Positions 1 through 11,482 of a stretch of 64,000 bases of DNA are shown one piece after another. The stretch covers positions 111,290,001 through 111,354,000 of the forward strand of contig JBNRSN020000016.1 of the NCBI GenBank assembly GCA_051313645.2, in the 5' to 3' direction. Within the stretch, counting starts at the first letter, position 1; each line of letters opens with the position of its first letter. This DNA comes from Centroscyllium fabricii. Taxonomy: Eukaryota. A model generated the notes under the pieces. The model saw nothing but the letters and a program-made list of their open reading frames with translations, searched no databases and had not been told where the DNA came from. The position numbers and the translations under genes are program-made.

Positions 1-77
1 AGGACCGAGAATTTGTTAAATCTACTGTATGCCTCCCTGCTGCCGTTGATGTTGAGGCTAGCTATGGTTATCTTCAT
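1..77 (-). CDS. Tx1 ORF2 N-terminus (APE endonuclease), partial
   Basis: ATG at 77 reads MKITIASLNINGSREAYSRFNKFSV, the typical SLNING motif I of Tx1/L1 endonucleases. Confidence 0.8.
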   Translation of the reverse strand, partial: MKITIASLNINGSREAYSRFNKFSV

Positions 78-452
78 ATCAGCAGTATAATACTAATTTT
101 TTCCATATCGGGGAGAAAGAGCGCAATCCTTGGATATACGCTCCTTCTTCTGCAGCCCATTGAGGAACTTCTTGAGCCGGCGCAGCTCGAGGTCATTATC
201 GCCCCTGTCCGCGGCCAAGGTTTTAATGGCGACGCGGACGGATAAAATGAGCGGCGCCAGCTCCGACCATCTTTCGATGGCCTGACGGACCAGTTTTGGG
301 TGACCCAGGCGCACGGCCACAAATTTCTGGAGCTCCGCCACGGGGATGAGGGGAGACTCGGCGGGGGGCTCGGGGCCGTCCACCACCTCATCGGTGACAA
401 ACTCCAGATCATCGTCCGCGCCCGGCTCCGAGTCCTCGTCCTCCTCCGGAAG
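1..452 (-). mobile_element. Tx1-clade LINE, 5'-truncated, running off the left edge; inserted into the gag of Gypsy A
   Basis: ORF1 C-terminus (LIPVAELQKF...WSELAPLILSVR...LRRLKKF) resembles Tx1 ORF1 and is followed by an ORF2 start. Similarity to the Gypsy C gag stops at about 453. Confidence 0.8.
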
Positions 453-1105
453 GCCATCGTGGGGGTCTCGACCCGTTGTGGTGCTGCCCAGACCTGGGCC
501 CGTTGTGGCGTGGCCCATATGTCGTAGGCGTGCGGGTTAGTGCCGCTGTACGCCTGCAATTTGATTCGGGCCCCCTCTACTGAATTGGATATTGTGATCG
601 CATCCTCGAGGGACAAAGTGTCTTTCTCCAGCAGCCGCTGGCGGGCTTCCACACATCTTAGTCCAGTTACATATGCATCGCGAACGAGGAGATTCGCCCC
701 CTCTTCAGCCGTTCTTGCTTGGCAGCCACAGACCCGTACCAGGGCCTGGAGCGCTTGCTCGAACTGCTCATTAGTCTCACCCGGTAGCTGCGATCTGGTT
801 GCAAGCACATGTCTGGCGTAGACCGAATGGACCGGGCGCTCGTAGCATTTCCTTAGCTTCTCCACAGCCGCTGGGTAGGTTGAGGCATTTCTGATGAGGG
901 AGAATACCCTGCTGGAGATCCTCGACCGGAGGACCTGTAATTTGTTCCCGTCTGTTGTAGCCTTGGCGGCGTCCATGTAGGCCTCCAGGAGGCCGAACCA
1001 GTGTTCGAACGTGGTGGCGGCGGCAAGGTCCTGGGGACTGATGTCCAGTTTCTCTGGTTTAACTGCACCGCTCTCCATTGCGGGGACGGTGGCACCGCTG
1101 TCCAT
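453..1105 (-). CDS. gag: Gag of element A, interrupted by Tx1
   Basis: KPEKLD...FEHWF...RDAYVTGLR...RQRLLE; matches element C Gag up to VETPTMA; short N-terminal duplication MDSGA/MESGA. Confidence 0.85.
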
Positions 1106-1128
1106 TTTAAACTTTTAGTGATTAAAAT

Positions 1129-1418
1129 TGACGTATCGTCAATACCTCTGATTAAAAGAGTCGACAAGTAGTTACCGTAACTAAAGGCTTTTAATCGCTA
1201 AGCTTGGAGCTACCTTCCGAACGAACATCTGCACAGGAATGAGGAGCCTCGGTCAGTCTCCACCTATAAAGGGCCTCACCTGGGGGAGGAGTTAGAGGTG
1301 TGGCTGACCTGGCTCCCGACAGTATTACACAGGTTACAGGGCTGTGCCTTACATATGCACAGCCCATTATTGGTACAATAATACAGTGGTAAAAATACAG
1401 TATAACATGGTTACCACA
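1129..1418 (-). repeat. 5' LTR of element A
   Basis: Minus strand TGTGGTAACC...GATACGTCA; TATA-like near 1265; ATTAAA near 1190; homologous to 7135-7410 and 9574-9855. Confidence 0.9.
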
Positions 1419-3622
1419 AGTAGTGGGCGAGCTTTGTCCGCGTAATTGGGGACCCACTGGGCATAGTAAGCGAAAAATCCCAAGCACCGTTTAAGGGCCT
1501 TGGGGGAGTGGGGGAGGGGGAGCTCCATGAGGGGGCGCATGTGGTCCGGGTCGGGACCGATGACCCCATTCTCCACAACGCTGCCGAGGATGGCCAGGCG
1601 GGTGGTACTAAACACACATTTTTCGGTGTTATAGGTTAAGTTCAGCGTTTTGGCGGTGTGGAGAAATTTTTGGAGGTTGGCTTCATGGTCCTGCTGATCA
1701 TGGCCACAGATGGTCACATTATCAAGGTACGGGAAAGTGGCTCGCAGCCCGTGCCGATCGACCATTCGGTCCATCTCCCTTTGGAAGACCGAGACCCCAT
1801 TCGTGACGCCAAACGGAACCCTAAGGAATTGGTAGAGGCGACCGTCAGCCTCGAAGGCAGTATAGAGACGGTCCTCTGAGCGGATGGGAAGCTGGTGATA
1901 AGCAGATTTGAGATCTATTGTTGAAAACACTTTAAACTGTGCGATCTGGTTCACCATGTCCGCTATCCGGGGAAGGGGGTAGGCATCTAACTGGGTGAAC
2001 CGGTTTATGGTCTGGCTGTAGTCCACAACCATCCGGTTCTTCGCTCCGGTTTTGACCACCACTACCTGCGCCCTCCAGGGGCTATTACTGGCCTCGATGA
2101 CCCCTTCTTTTAGGAGGCGCTGCACCTCGGACTTTATAAAATCCATGTCCCCAGCACTGTAGCGCCTACTCTTGGTGGCGACGGGCTTGCAGTCTGGGGT
2201 GAGGTTGGCAAAGAGGGATGGAGGGGCGACCTTAAGGGTTGAGAGGCCACAGGTAGTGCGTCGGGGGTGCCGTGCTGGGCTGCGGTTTCTAACCGTGAGC
2301 GAGGGAAGGGGCCCACTGAACGCCATGGTAACACTCTGGAGATGGCACTGGAAATCCAGTCCCAGGAGTAATGGAGCGCAGAGCTGCGGCAGCACGAAAA
2401 AGCTAAAATTATTGAAAAGCGCGCCCTGGACAGTTAGTGCTACTGCGCAACGCCCGGAGACGTCCGCAGATTCTGACTTAGAAGCCATTGATATTCTTTG
2501 GTGCGCAGGTATTACTTTAAGAGAGAGGTGCTTTACAGTATTAGGATTAATAAAACTCACTGTGCTCCCACTGTCGAAAAGGCACACCACCTCTTGACCA
2601 TTGACTTCCACAGGCATCATTGATTTTTCTAGTGACTGAGTCTTGTCCTGGTCGAGGGTCACCGATGCCAATACTGGGTCAGCCGATTCATCTTGATCCG
2701 AAGAGTAGTCCTCCGGGGCCGGTTCCCAAGATGGCTGCCGCCATGCGGTGTACTGTGGAGGGGGTGGCTGAGTCCAATATGGCGACTGCTGCCACGAGGG
2801 GTGCTGAGTGGGGGATGGGTGAGCCCAATATGGCTGCTCCCATGTTCCACACACGGCGCTGCCCGGTTTCGATTTCGTGGTAGCTTTACAGACCTTTGCA
2901 TAGTGTCCTTTCTTCCCACATTTCGAACAGGCCGCTTCTCTAGCTGGGCAGTTACGTCTCGGGTGCTGAGACTGCCCACAAAAGTAACATTTGGCCGTCC
3001 TCGCGTGGGCGGCTGCAATTAATTCTTCTGCCGGTCGTTGCGCCGGCGTTGTCCAAGATGGCGGGGCTGGGCCCGTATAGTTACTCGAGTAAGATGATAG
3101 GTTTAGCGAGGCCACATCCAGCGCGTTCCCCAGGTCCGCAGTTGCCTGCAGGTCAAGGCCGTTCTGCTCTAGCAGCCTCTGTCTTACATAGTCCGACCTG
3201 AGGCCTGTTACATACGCATCTCTAATGAGACTGTCCGCATGGACCGGGGCTGTTAGCGCTCTGCAGTCACAGGCCCGCGAAAGCACTCTCAGAGCTCTTA
3301 GAAACTCCACACTTGACTCACCGGGTTGCTGCTTTCTGGTGGCAAGGATATGCCTAGCGTGGACGATGTTGGGTGCCCGATTGTACTCGGCTTTGAGAAT
3401 CCTGATGGCATCCAAATAAGATGAGGCGTCCACGATCATGGAGTACACCTGAGGGCCCACCCGGGCGTTGAGGAGCCGTCGTTTGTCCTCTTCGGTCACC
3501 ACGACCGCTGCGTTTGCTTTTAGGTACGCATCGAAGACACTGTGCCAGTGTGTAAAAGTGTTCGATGCGCCTGGTGTTCGGGGGTCCAATTTGAACGTTG
3601 CTGGCTTGAGCATGGTATCCAT
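1419..3622 (-). CDS. gag-pol: Gag-Pol single ORF of element B (Gag, two zinc knuckles, protease, RT), open up to the A insertion
   Basis: CYFCGQSQHPRRNCPA...CSKCGKKGHYAKVC; LFDSGS; VPFGV; YLDN. Confidence 0.92.
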
Positions 3623-3934
3623 CTTCAAAAGTAGTCAATAAAATTGTGACCTGAAATAACGACCTCGTGGACGAGTAGTTAGATGAAGAAACAATTAGGC
3701 TTTTATTGACTACAAGCTGGGACACACACCAGCTAGTCGACTGTCCCCAGGTATGGTCGGGGGATGGGAGGCAGCCACCTATATACCTCCTCCTGGGAGG
3801 GAGGAGTCGTGGGCGGAGCCAACCCGGGGCATGTCCCAGTAATCGTATTACAGTACAGGTATTACATCAATACACATCAATGCATGTCAGTTAACTATAT
3901 ACATATAATACTTATGATAAACGGGTTTATCACA
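1419..3934 (-). mobile_element. Ty3/Gypsy element B (Mag-like), 5' half; inserted into element C and interrupted by A
   Basis: 5' LTR 3645-3934 (TG...CA, TATATA near 3780, AATAAA near 3702); element C pol resumes at 3935 (VRSRSLP). Confidence 0.9.
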
Positions 3935-6900
3935 GGGAGGCTACGGGATCTAACAAAGTGGGCGAGTCTGGTGACACCCGGGTGGCAAAGGTGGTCGTGG
4001 AGGTCCTTCAGCCGGTCTAGCTGGGCACTGGCGCACGTTCCCCTGGACAGTGCGTCCGGGGGTTCATTGAGTTTGCCTGGTCGGTAAAGAATGTCATACT
4101 CGTAAGTCGAGAGTTCGATCCGCCACCGCAGGATCTTATCATTCTTGATCTTACCCTTCTGTTTATTATTAAACATAAACGCCACCGACCATTGGTCGGT
4201 GAGAAGGGTAAAACACTTACCGGCCAGGTAATGACGCCAGTAGCGCACGGCCTCCACGATGGCCTGGGCCTCCTTTTCCACTGCAGAGTGGCGAGTTTCG
4301 GGTTCCTGTCGGGTGCGGGAGAAAAACGCTACGGGCCTGCCTGCCTGATTCAGGGTGGCAGCAAGGGCGAAGTCCGAAGCGTCGCTCTCCACCTGGAAGG
4401 GAATGGATTCATCAACAGCGAGCATGGTCGCTTTGATGATGTCTTCCTTTATCCGGGCAAATGCCGTTTGGGCTTCTACCGAGAGGGGGAAGACGACAGC
4501 CTTGAGGAGTGGTCTAGCCTTGTCCGCGAACTGTGGGACCCATTGTGCGTAGTAGGAGAAAAATCCTAGGCATCTCCTCAAGGCTTTGGGGTTGTGAGGT
4601 AGGGGCAGTTCTTGTAGGGGGCGCATACGCTGTGGGTCGGGGCCGAGGACCCCGTTCTCCACCACGTATCCAAGGATGGCGAGCCGGTCTGTATTAAAGA
4701 CACATTTGTCCTTGTTATACGTAAGGTCCAGCTTATCCGCCGTGTCGAGGAATTTGGCCAGATTGGCAGCGTGGTCCTGCTGGTCGTGGCCGCAGATGTT
4801 CACGTTGTCCAGGTAAGGGAAAGTGGCCCGCAACTCGTTCTGGTCAACCATGCGGTCCATCTCCCGTTGGAACACTGACACTCCGTTGGTCACGCCGAAG
4901 GGGACCCGGAGGAAGTGGTAGAGCCGACCGTTCGCCTTGAAGGCGGTGTACGGGCGGTCGGCTTTCCGGATCAGGAGTTGGTGATACGCCGACTTAAGGT
5001 CGATCGTGGAGAACACCTTATATTGGCCGATCTGATTGACCATGTCCGAGATGCGGGGGAGGGGGTAGGCGTCGAGTCCGGTGTAGCGGTTGATAGTCTG
5101 GCTGTAATCGATAACCAGCCGCTGTTTCTCGCCAGACTTCATCACTACCACCTGGGCCCGCCAGGGGCTGGTACTGGCTTCAATTATCCCCTCCTTCAGC
5201 ATACGCCCGACCTCCGACCTGATAAACGTGCGATCCCCCACGCTGTACCGCCGACTCTTTGTAGCAATAGGTTTGCACTTGGGGTCGAGATTGGCGAACA
5301 GTGAGGGGGGGTCGATTTTCAGGGTGGAGAGGCCGCAGGCCGGGCTCCGCTTTGGGAAGGGACTGTCCCAGCTACTGACGGTGAGGGGGGGCAAGGTCCC
5401 GCCGAACTCCATTGTCACGCTCTTGAGGTGGCACTGGAAATCCAGACCTAGTAAGGCTGGGGCACACAACTGCTTGAGGGTGTACAATTTAAAATTACGG
5501 TACACGCAACCCTTGACTGTGAGCGTGACGGAGCAGTAGCCGGTGACGTCCGCGGTGTGGGACTGTGAAGCCAGGGAGACTTGGTAGTTCGTGGGCAGGA
5601 TCTGCAGTCCATAGTGCTGCGCTGTATCGGGGTGTATAAAAGTCTCCGTGCTTCCAGTGTCAAACAGACAATTGGTAATATGGCCGTTAATTTTAATCGG
5701 CATGATTGAGTTAGAAAGGTTGTGTTGCCTAGCCTGGTCCACTTTGGGTATGGCTGAGGCCGAAGTGTGCCTTTGTGTGTGGGGGCCCCCTGCTGGTTGG
5801 GGCTGTACCCAAAATGGGTACAGCCCCAACCACCTGGCTCGCACATGGTGGGGGACTGGAGACAAAATGGCGGCGCCGAGGGGTCGCACATGGCGGGCTG
5901 CTGGAGACAAGATGGTGGCGCCAGGGGGTCGCACATGGTGGGCCGCTGGAGACAAGATGGCGACGCCCGTGGTTCGCACGCGGCTGACCGCTGTGAGCGC
6001 GCTGGCGGCGCCCGTGGTTCACACGCAGCAGGCCGCGGTGACTGGGTTGGCAGTGCCCGTGGTTCACACGCAGCGAGCCGCGGTGGTTGGGTTGGCGGTG
6101 CCCGTGGTTCGCATGCAGCGGGCCGCGCTGGGTCTGCCGCTGGCGTTGGGGGGTCGCGCTTGGCCGGCCGTGGCTGGGCTTGGCGTGCCGTGGGTGCAGC
6201 CGGCCTTTGCCGCATCAGGGTGGGAGATGGGGGCGCTTTCCTTCTACCCCCGGACCGTCGCTGAATCGCGCTGCTATTGCAGATTACCTGAGGCCTGGCG
6301 GAGCTTTCACAGGCTGTGCTGTTGTACCTGGAGTTGGGCGCTGCTGGTGCTGATCTGCAGGCCTTCGCATAGTGTCCCTTTTTGGAGCACCTCTCACAGG
6401 TCGCGGTCCTCGCTGGGCATCTCGCTCGTGGGTGCAGTCCCTGGCCGCAGAAATAGCACCGTTTGTCCTTTGCGGCTGTCGCAGCCATCGTAGGGGTCTC
6501 GACCCGTTGTGGTGCTGTCCAGGCCTGGGCCTGTTGTGGCGTGGCCCACATGTCGTAGGCCTGCGGGTTTGTGCCGCTGTACGCCTGCAGCTTATTGCGT
6601 GCTCCTTCCACGGAGTTAGCTATGGAGATCGCCTCCTCAAGAGTCAAAGAGTCCTTTTCGAGCAGCTGCTGGCGGGCTTCCACGCACCTCAGGCCTGTTA
6701 CATACGCATCTCGGATGAGGAGATTCGCCTCCTCTTCTGCTGTCCGGGCTTGGCAGCCACAGACCCGTACCAGGTCCTGGAGCGCTTGCTCAAATTGTTC
6801 GTTAGTCTCACCCGGTAGTTGTGGTCTGGTCGCGAGCACATGTCTGGTGTAGACCGAATGGACCGGGCGCTCGTAGCATTTCCTCAGCTTTTCCACTGCC

Positions 6901-7109
6901 CCTGGGTAGGTTTTGGCGTCTCGGATGAGGGAGAATACTCGGCTGGATATCCTAGACTGGAGAACCTGCAATTTGTTCCCGTCGGTTGTAGCCTTGGCGG
7001 CGTCCATATAGGCCTCCAGGAGACCGAACCAGTGTTCTAACGTGGTGGCGGCGGCTGGGTCCTGTGGACTGGTGTCCAGCTTCTCTGGCTTTACCGCACC
7101 GCTCTCCAT
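3935..7109 (-). pseudogene. gag-pol: gag-pol of element C, frameshifted in the linker and cut by B
   Basis: Overlapping ORFs 5448-7109 and 3895-5979 carry Gag and Pol motifs. Confidence 0.85.
5835..6130 (-). repeat. Degenerate 45-bp tandem repeat in the Gag-Pol linker of element C
   Basis: Recurring 15-aa units PAACEPRAPP.../PPSCLQQPAMCDP. Confidence 0.75.
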
Positions 7110-7410
7110 TTCAAAATTTTTAAGTTAATAAAATTGACGTATCGTCAATTGTCTTAATAAAAGACTAAACGAGTAGTGACTTTAACTATTGGCTTTTATT
7201 AATTTACTTTGGAGCTACCCTCCGAACGAACATCAGAACAGAATGAAGGAGCCCCGGTCAGTCCTCACCTATAAAGGCCTCACCTGGGGGAGGGGTTAGA
7301 GGTGTGGCTGACCTGGCTCCACGACAGTGTTGCAAAGCGGTGTATCATACAAAGCCAATGTTGGCGACAATATTACAGTGGTAATCGTATATACAATATG
7401 GGTTACCACA

Positions 7411-7933
7411 CTTTCATAATTTTAAAGACCTCTATCAGGTCGCCCCTCAGCCTTCTTTTTTGAAGAGAAAAGAGACCCACCCAGCCTGTTCATCCTTTCC
7501 TGATGGGTGTACCCTTGCATTTCTGGTATCATCCTTGTAAATCTTCTCTGCACCCTCTCCAGTGTGTCGATATCCTTTTTATAATTTGGCGACCAGAACT
7601 GTATGCAGTACTCTAAGTGTGGTCCTGTAGGGAACGGTAGTTCCCTACGCGTCGAATTCGATATAAACGTCGAGGAATGCAGAGCAAACGTAAACAGGTC
7701 TTTATTGAGTTCGATCCAGAAAACAACTAACTGCAAAAGGCGCGAAAACGCAAGACATGATGGGGCTTTTGATGGACAGCCCGCTGGACCAATCAGAGAC
7801 CAGGATTGTAGGTCCAACCGACCAATGGGGCAACAGGGGCGGGACCAACTCCAGAATGTGGATTCTGACTCTTCGGGGAGATAAGAATGTCTCCCCCTAG
7901 TGGCTCTGCTACAGTCCAACCAAAGTTCGATAC
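7411..7933 (-). mobile_element. CR1 LINE #1 fragment (RT C-terminal region), split by a solo LTR
   Basis: YRTLVG|PHLEYCIQFWSPNYKKDIDTLERVQRRFTRMIP reads through once 7626-7913 and one TSD copy are removed. Confidence 0.85.
7626..7913 (-). mobile_element. Solo LTR
   Basis: TGTAG...CTACA termini; 4-bp TSD GTCC; two CCAAT boxes, a GC box and AATAAA on the minus strand. Confidence 0.85.
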
Positions 7934-8432
7934 ATAGAAACATAGAAGATACGAGCAGGAGTAGGCCATTCGGCCCCTCGAGTCTGCTCCGCCATTCGAT
8001 GAGGTCATGGCTGATCATCCAAACTCAGTACCCCGTACCTGTCTTCTCCCCATATCGCTTGATACCTTTAGCTCTAAGAAATATATCTAACTCCTTCTTG
8101 AATATATTTAATGACTTGGCCTCAACTACATTCTGTGGTAGAGAATTCCACAGGTTCACCACTCCCTGGGTGAAGAAATTTTCTTCATCTCTGTCCTAAA
8201 TGGCTTTCCCCTTATCCTTAGACTATGACCCCTGGTTCTGGACTCTCCGACCATCGGGAACATTGTTCCTGTATCTAGTTTGTCCAGACCTGTCAGAATT
8301 GTATACGTTTCGATGAGATCCCCTCTCATTCTTCTAAACTCCAGCGAGTATAAGCCCAATCGACCCAATCTCTCCTGATACTTCATTCCTGCCATCCCAG
8401 GTATCAGCCTCCTGAATTTTCGCTGAACTCCT

Positions 8433-8635
8433 TGTGGTAATATTGAACAGACTTCCGGGGGAAGACTAAGGGGTGAACTCTGTACATATCACTTCCTGTT
8501 TTCTATTAGTATAAATACTGGAACGGCTCAGTATGGGGGAACGCTTCACCTGGAAGCATGGTAAAACCCGTCTTTGCACATTGTGATAATGTAGTGGATT
8601 AAGTTATTGATGTATCAGACTCCATTATTACATCA
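8433..8635 (+). mobile_element. Solo LTR (203 bp)
   Basis: TG...CA; 5-bp TSD CTCCT; TATAAA near 8510; ACTTCC motifs; related to 60729-60957. Confidence 0.85.
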
Positions 8636-9573
8636 CTCCTTCCATGGCAAGAACATCCTTCCTCAGATAAGGTGACCAAAACTGCACACAGTACTCAAGG
8701 TGTGGTCTCACCAAGACCCTGTACAACTGCAGGAGGACATCTTTGTTCCTGTACTCAAATCCTTTCGCTATGAAGGCCAACATACCATTTGCCTTCTTCA
8801 CCGCCTGCTGCACCTGCATGCTTACCTTCAGCGACTGGTGCACAAGGACACTCAGGTCTCGTTGCATTTCCCCTTCTCCCAATCTATTGCCATTCAGATA
8901 ATAGTCTGCCTTTCTGTTTTTGACACCAAAGTGGATAACCTCGCATTTATCCACATTATATTGTATCTGCCACGCTTCTGCCCAATCACCCAACCTGTCC
9001 AAATCATCCTGGAGTTTCTCGGTACCTTCCTCGGAGCACACACGCCCACCCAGCTTTGTGTCATCTGCAAACTTGGAGATATTACATCTAGTTCCCTTAT
9101 CTAGATCATTAATGTATATTGTGAAGAGCTGGGGTCCAAGGGCTGATCCCTGCGGTACCCCATAAGCCTGCCACTCAGAAAAAGACCCGTTAATTCCTAC
9201 TCTCCGCTTTCTGTCCGCCAACCAGTTCTCTATTCAAGTCAATACCTTGCCCCCAATCGCATGTGCCTTAACTTTACACGCTAATCTCTTATGCGCGACC
9301 TTATCGAAAGCCTTTTGAAAGTCCAAATACACCACATCTACTGGTTCTCCCCAGTTAGATCCTCAAAAAATTCCAGTAGATTAGTCAAGCACTATTTACC
9401 TTTTGTAAATCCATGTTGACTTTGTCCGATTCTGTCACTGTTTTCCAAGTGCTCAGCTATTACATCCTTTACAATGGACTCTAGCATTTTCCCCACTACC
9501 GATGTCAGGCTTAACGGTCTGTAATTCCCCACTTTCTCTCTACCACCCTTTTTGAATAGTGGGGTAACATTAG

Positions 9574-9855
9574 TGTGGTAACCGTTATTACCACTGTAAA
9601 TAGTTAAGCACACTATAGACCAGCATGTATAAGGGCTGGGTGCATTGTACATAGTTTTGCAGTACGACACTGTCGCGAGGTCAGGTCAGCCACACCTCTA
9701 ACTCCTCCCCTCAGGTGAGTGCCTTATAGGTGGGGTCTGACCTGCCCCCATTCATTCTGTACTCGATGTTCGACTGGAGCATAGCTCCTTTGTAAAGTGA
9801 ATAAAAGCCTATAGTTAAGGTAACTACTCGTCTTTGATTCATTGACGATACGTCA
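9574..9855 (+). mobile_element. Solo LTR of the A/C family
   Basis: TGTGGTAACC...GATACGTCA; 5-bp TSD ATTAG; AATAAAAGCC. Confidence 0.92.
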
Positions 9856-10547
9856 ATTAGTTACCCTCCAATCCATGGGCGCAGTTCTAGATTCCAGCGA
9901 ATGTTGGAAGATGATCAGTAATGCATCTACTATTTCTAGGGCCACTTCCTTAAGTACCCTAGGATGTAGATTATCAGATCCTGGGGATTTATCGGCCTTC
10001 AATCCTGTCAATTTCCCTAACACCATTTCCCTGCAAATACTGATTTCTTTCGTTCCTCCCTTTCATCAGACCCTATGTGCTCCAACATCTCTGGGAGGTT
10101 ATTTGCGTCCTCCTTTGTGAAGACAGAACCAAAATATGCAGTTAATTGGTCGGCCATTTCTTTGTTCCCCATTATAACGTCCCCTGCTTCTGACTGCAAG
10201 GGACCTACACTTGATTTCACTAATCTTTTTCTCTTCACATATCTATAAAAGCTCTTACAATCAGTTTTTATGTTCCCTGCACGCCTACTTTCATATTCTA
10301 TTTTCCCCATCTTAATTAATCCCTTTGTCCTCCTTTGTTGAATCCTAAACTGCTCCCAGTCCTTAGGGTCACCGCTTTTTCTAGCCAATTTATATGCCCT
10401 CTCCTTGGATCTTATGCTATCCCTAATTTCCCTTGTTAGCCACGGTTGAGTCACCCTATTTGTTTTATTCTTATGCCAAACTGGGATGAACAAATTCTGT
10501 AGTTCATCCATGCAGTCTTTGAATGTTTGCCATTGCCTATCCACCGT

Positions 10548-11247
10548 TGGTAGATCAGCGAGACCATGCAGACACTACGACAACAGATCTACGGACACCA
10601 CACAACAATTGCCAGGCAGGAGTGTTCCCTCCCAGTCGGGGAACACTTCAACAGTCAAGGACATTCAGCCTCCTTATCTTTGGGTAAGCATTCTCCAAGG
10701 CGGCCTTTGAGACACACGACAACGCAGAATCGTCGAGCAGAGGCTGATAGCCAAATTCCGCACCCATGAGGACGGCCTCAACCGTGATATTGGCTTCATG
10801 TCACGCTACATGTGACCCCGACTGACGTTGAGTCATCCAGACTCGGGTCGTCTTTGTCCTTTTTGGTTCCAGCGATTTCCAGTAAGGAAAATCCTTTTTT
10901 TAAAAATCATTCTGTGTGTTTTCACACAGACACAAGACTGCAACATTTGACCCTTTGTGACTATACCTCATTGATCTCAGACTGGTGCCTGATTAATATG
11001 TTAAAATATGTTAAAACACCTTTGTCTGCTCTGTATGTCTCTCTGCTGAAGTGTGATGATGTTGGAGAGATTAGACTGCTCTCTCCCTTGTATATATGCT
11101 GTCTTTAAATGAACTTCTCTTTCACCTGAGGAAGGAGCAGCGCTCCGAAAGCTTGTGATTTCAAATAAAACTGTTGGACTATAACTTGGTGTTGTGTGAC
11201 TTCTTGCATTTGTCCACCTCAGTCCAACATCAGCACCTCCACATCAT
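10548..11247 (+). mobile_element. Penelope-like element 3' fragment (GIY-YIG C-terminus plus terminal repeat)
   Basis: ETMQTLRQ...SLPVGEHF...EQRLIAKFRTHEDGLNRDIGFMSRYM*; terminal repeat shared with 27.4, 27.9, 43.6 and 57 kb. Confidence 0.88.
11122..11158 (+). ncRNA. Putative minimal hammerhead ribozyme in the Penelope terminal repeat
   Basis: TCAC-CTGAGGA-A-GGAGC/GCTCC stem-GAAA-GCTT-GTGA: hammerhead core boxes with stem I and stem II. Confidence 0.7.
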
Positions 11248-11444
11248 CAACCCTTTGAGTGACATTCCCCAATCAATCCTACCCAATTCGTGCCCCATAC
11301 CATCATAGTTTCCTTTATTTAAATTCAGGACTCCAGTCTCTGAGTCAACTACTTCACTCTCCATCCTAAAGAAGAATTCTATCATATTATTGTCATAGGT
11401 TGGCTCTTCCCCTTTAACTCTTAGGTTGGCTCTTCCCCTTTAAC

Positions 11445-11482
11445 GCTCCTATCTTCTATGATTCTATGATTCTATGATTCTA
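11445..11482 (+). mobile_element. 38-bp CR1/SINE 3'-tail insertion present only in the 5' LTR of G
   Basis: GCTCCTATCTTCTATG(ATTCTATG)2ATTCTA flanked by TAAC; absent from the 3' LTR. Confidence 0.8.

Larger units (their letters stand above)
453..1418 (-). mobile_element. Ty3/Gypsy element A (Mag-like): 5' LTR plus gag N-terminal part, inserted into element B
   Basis: TG...CA LTR at 1129-1418; gag nearly identical to element C; element B pol resumes at 1419. Confidence 0.9.
3935..7410 (-). mobile_element. Ty3/Gypsy element C (same family as A), 5' part; inserted into CR1 #1
   Basis: 5' LTR 7135-7410; gag from ATG 7109; pol down to 3935 (LFDTGS, YLDN, RNase H SDAS, integrase HDHLCHPG); gag and pol fall in different frames near 5780-5830. 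Confidence 0.92.

Noticed and set aside
2172-6818. Plus-strand ORFs antisense to the Gypsy gag-pol genes
   Set aside because: Expected shadows of GC-rich coding sequence and linker repeats; no domains.
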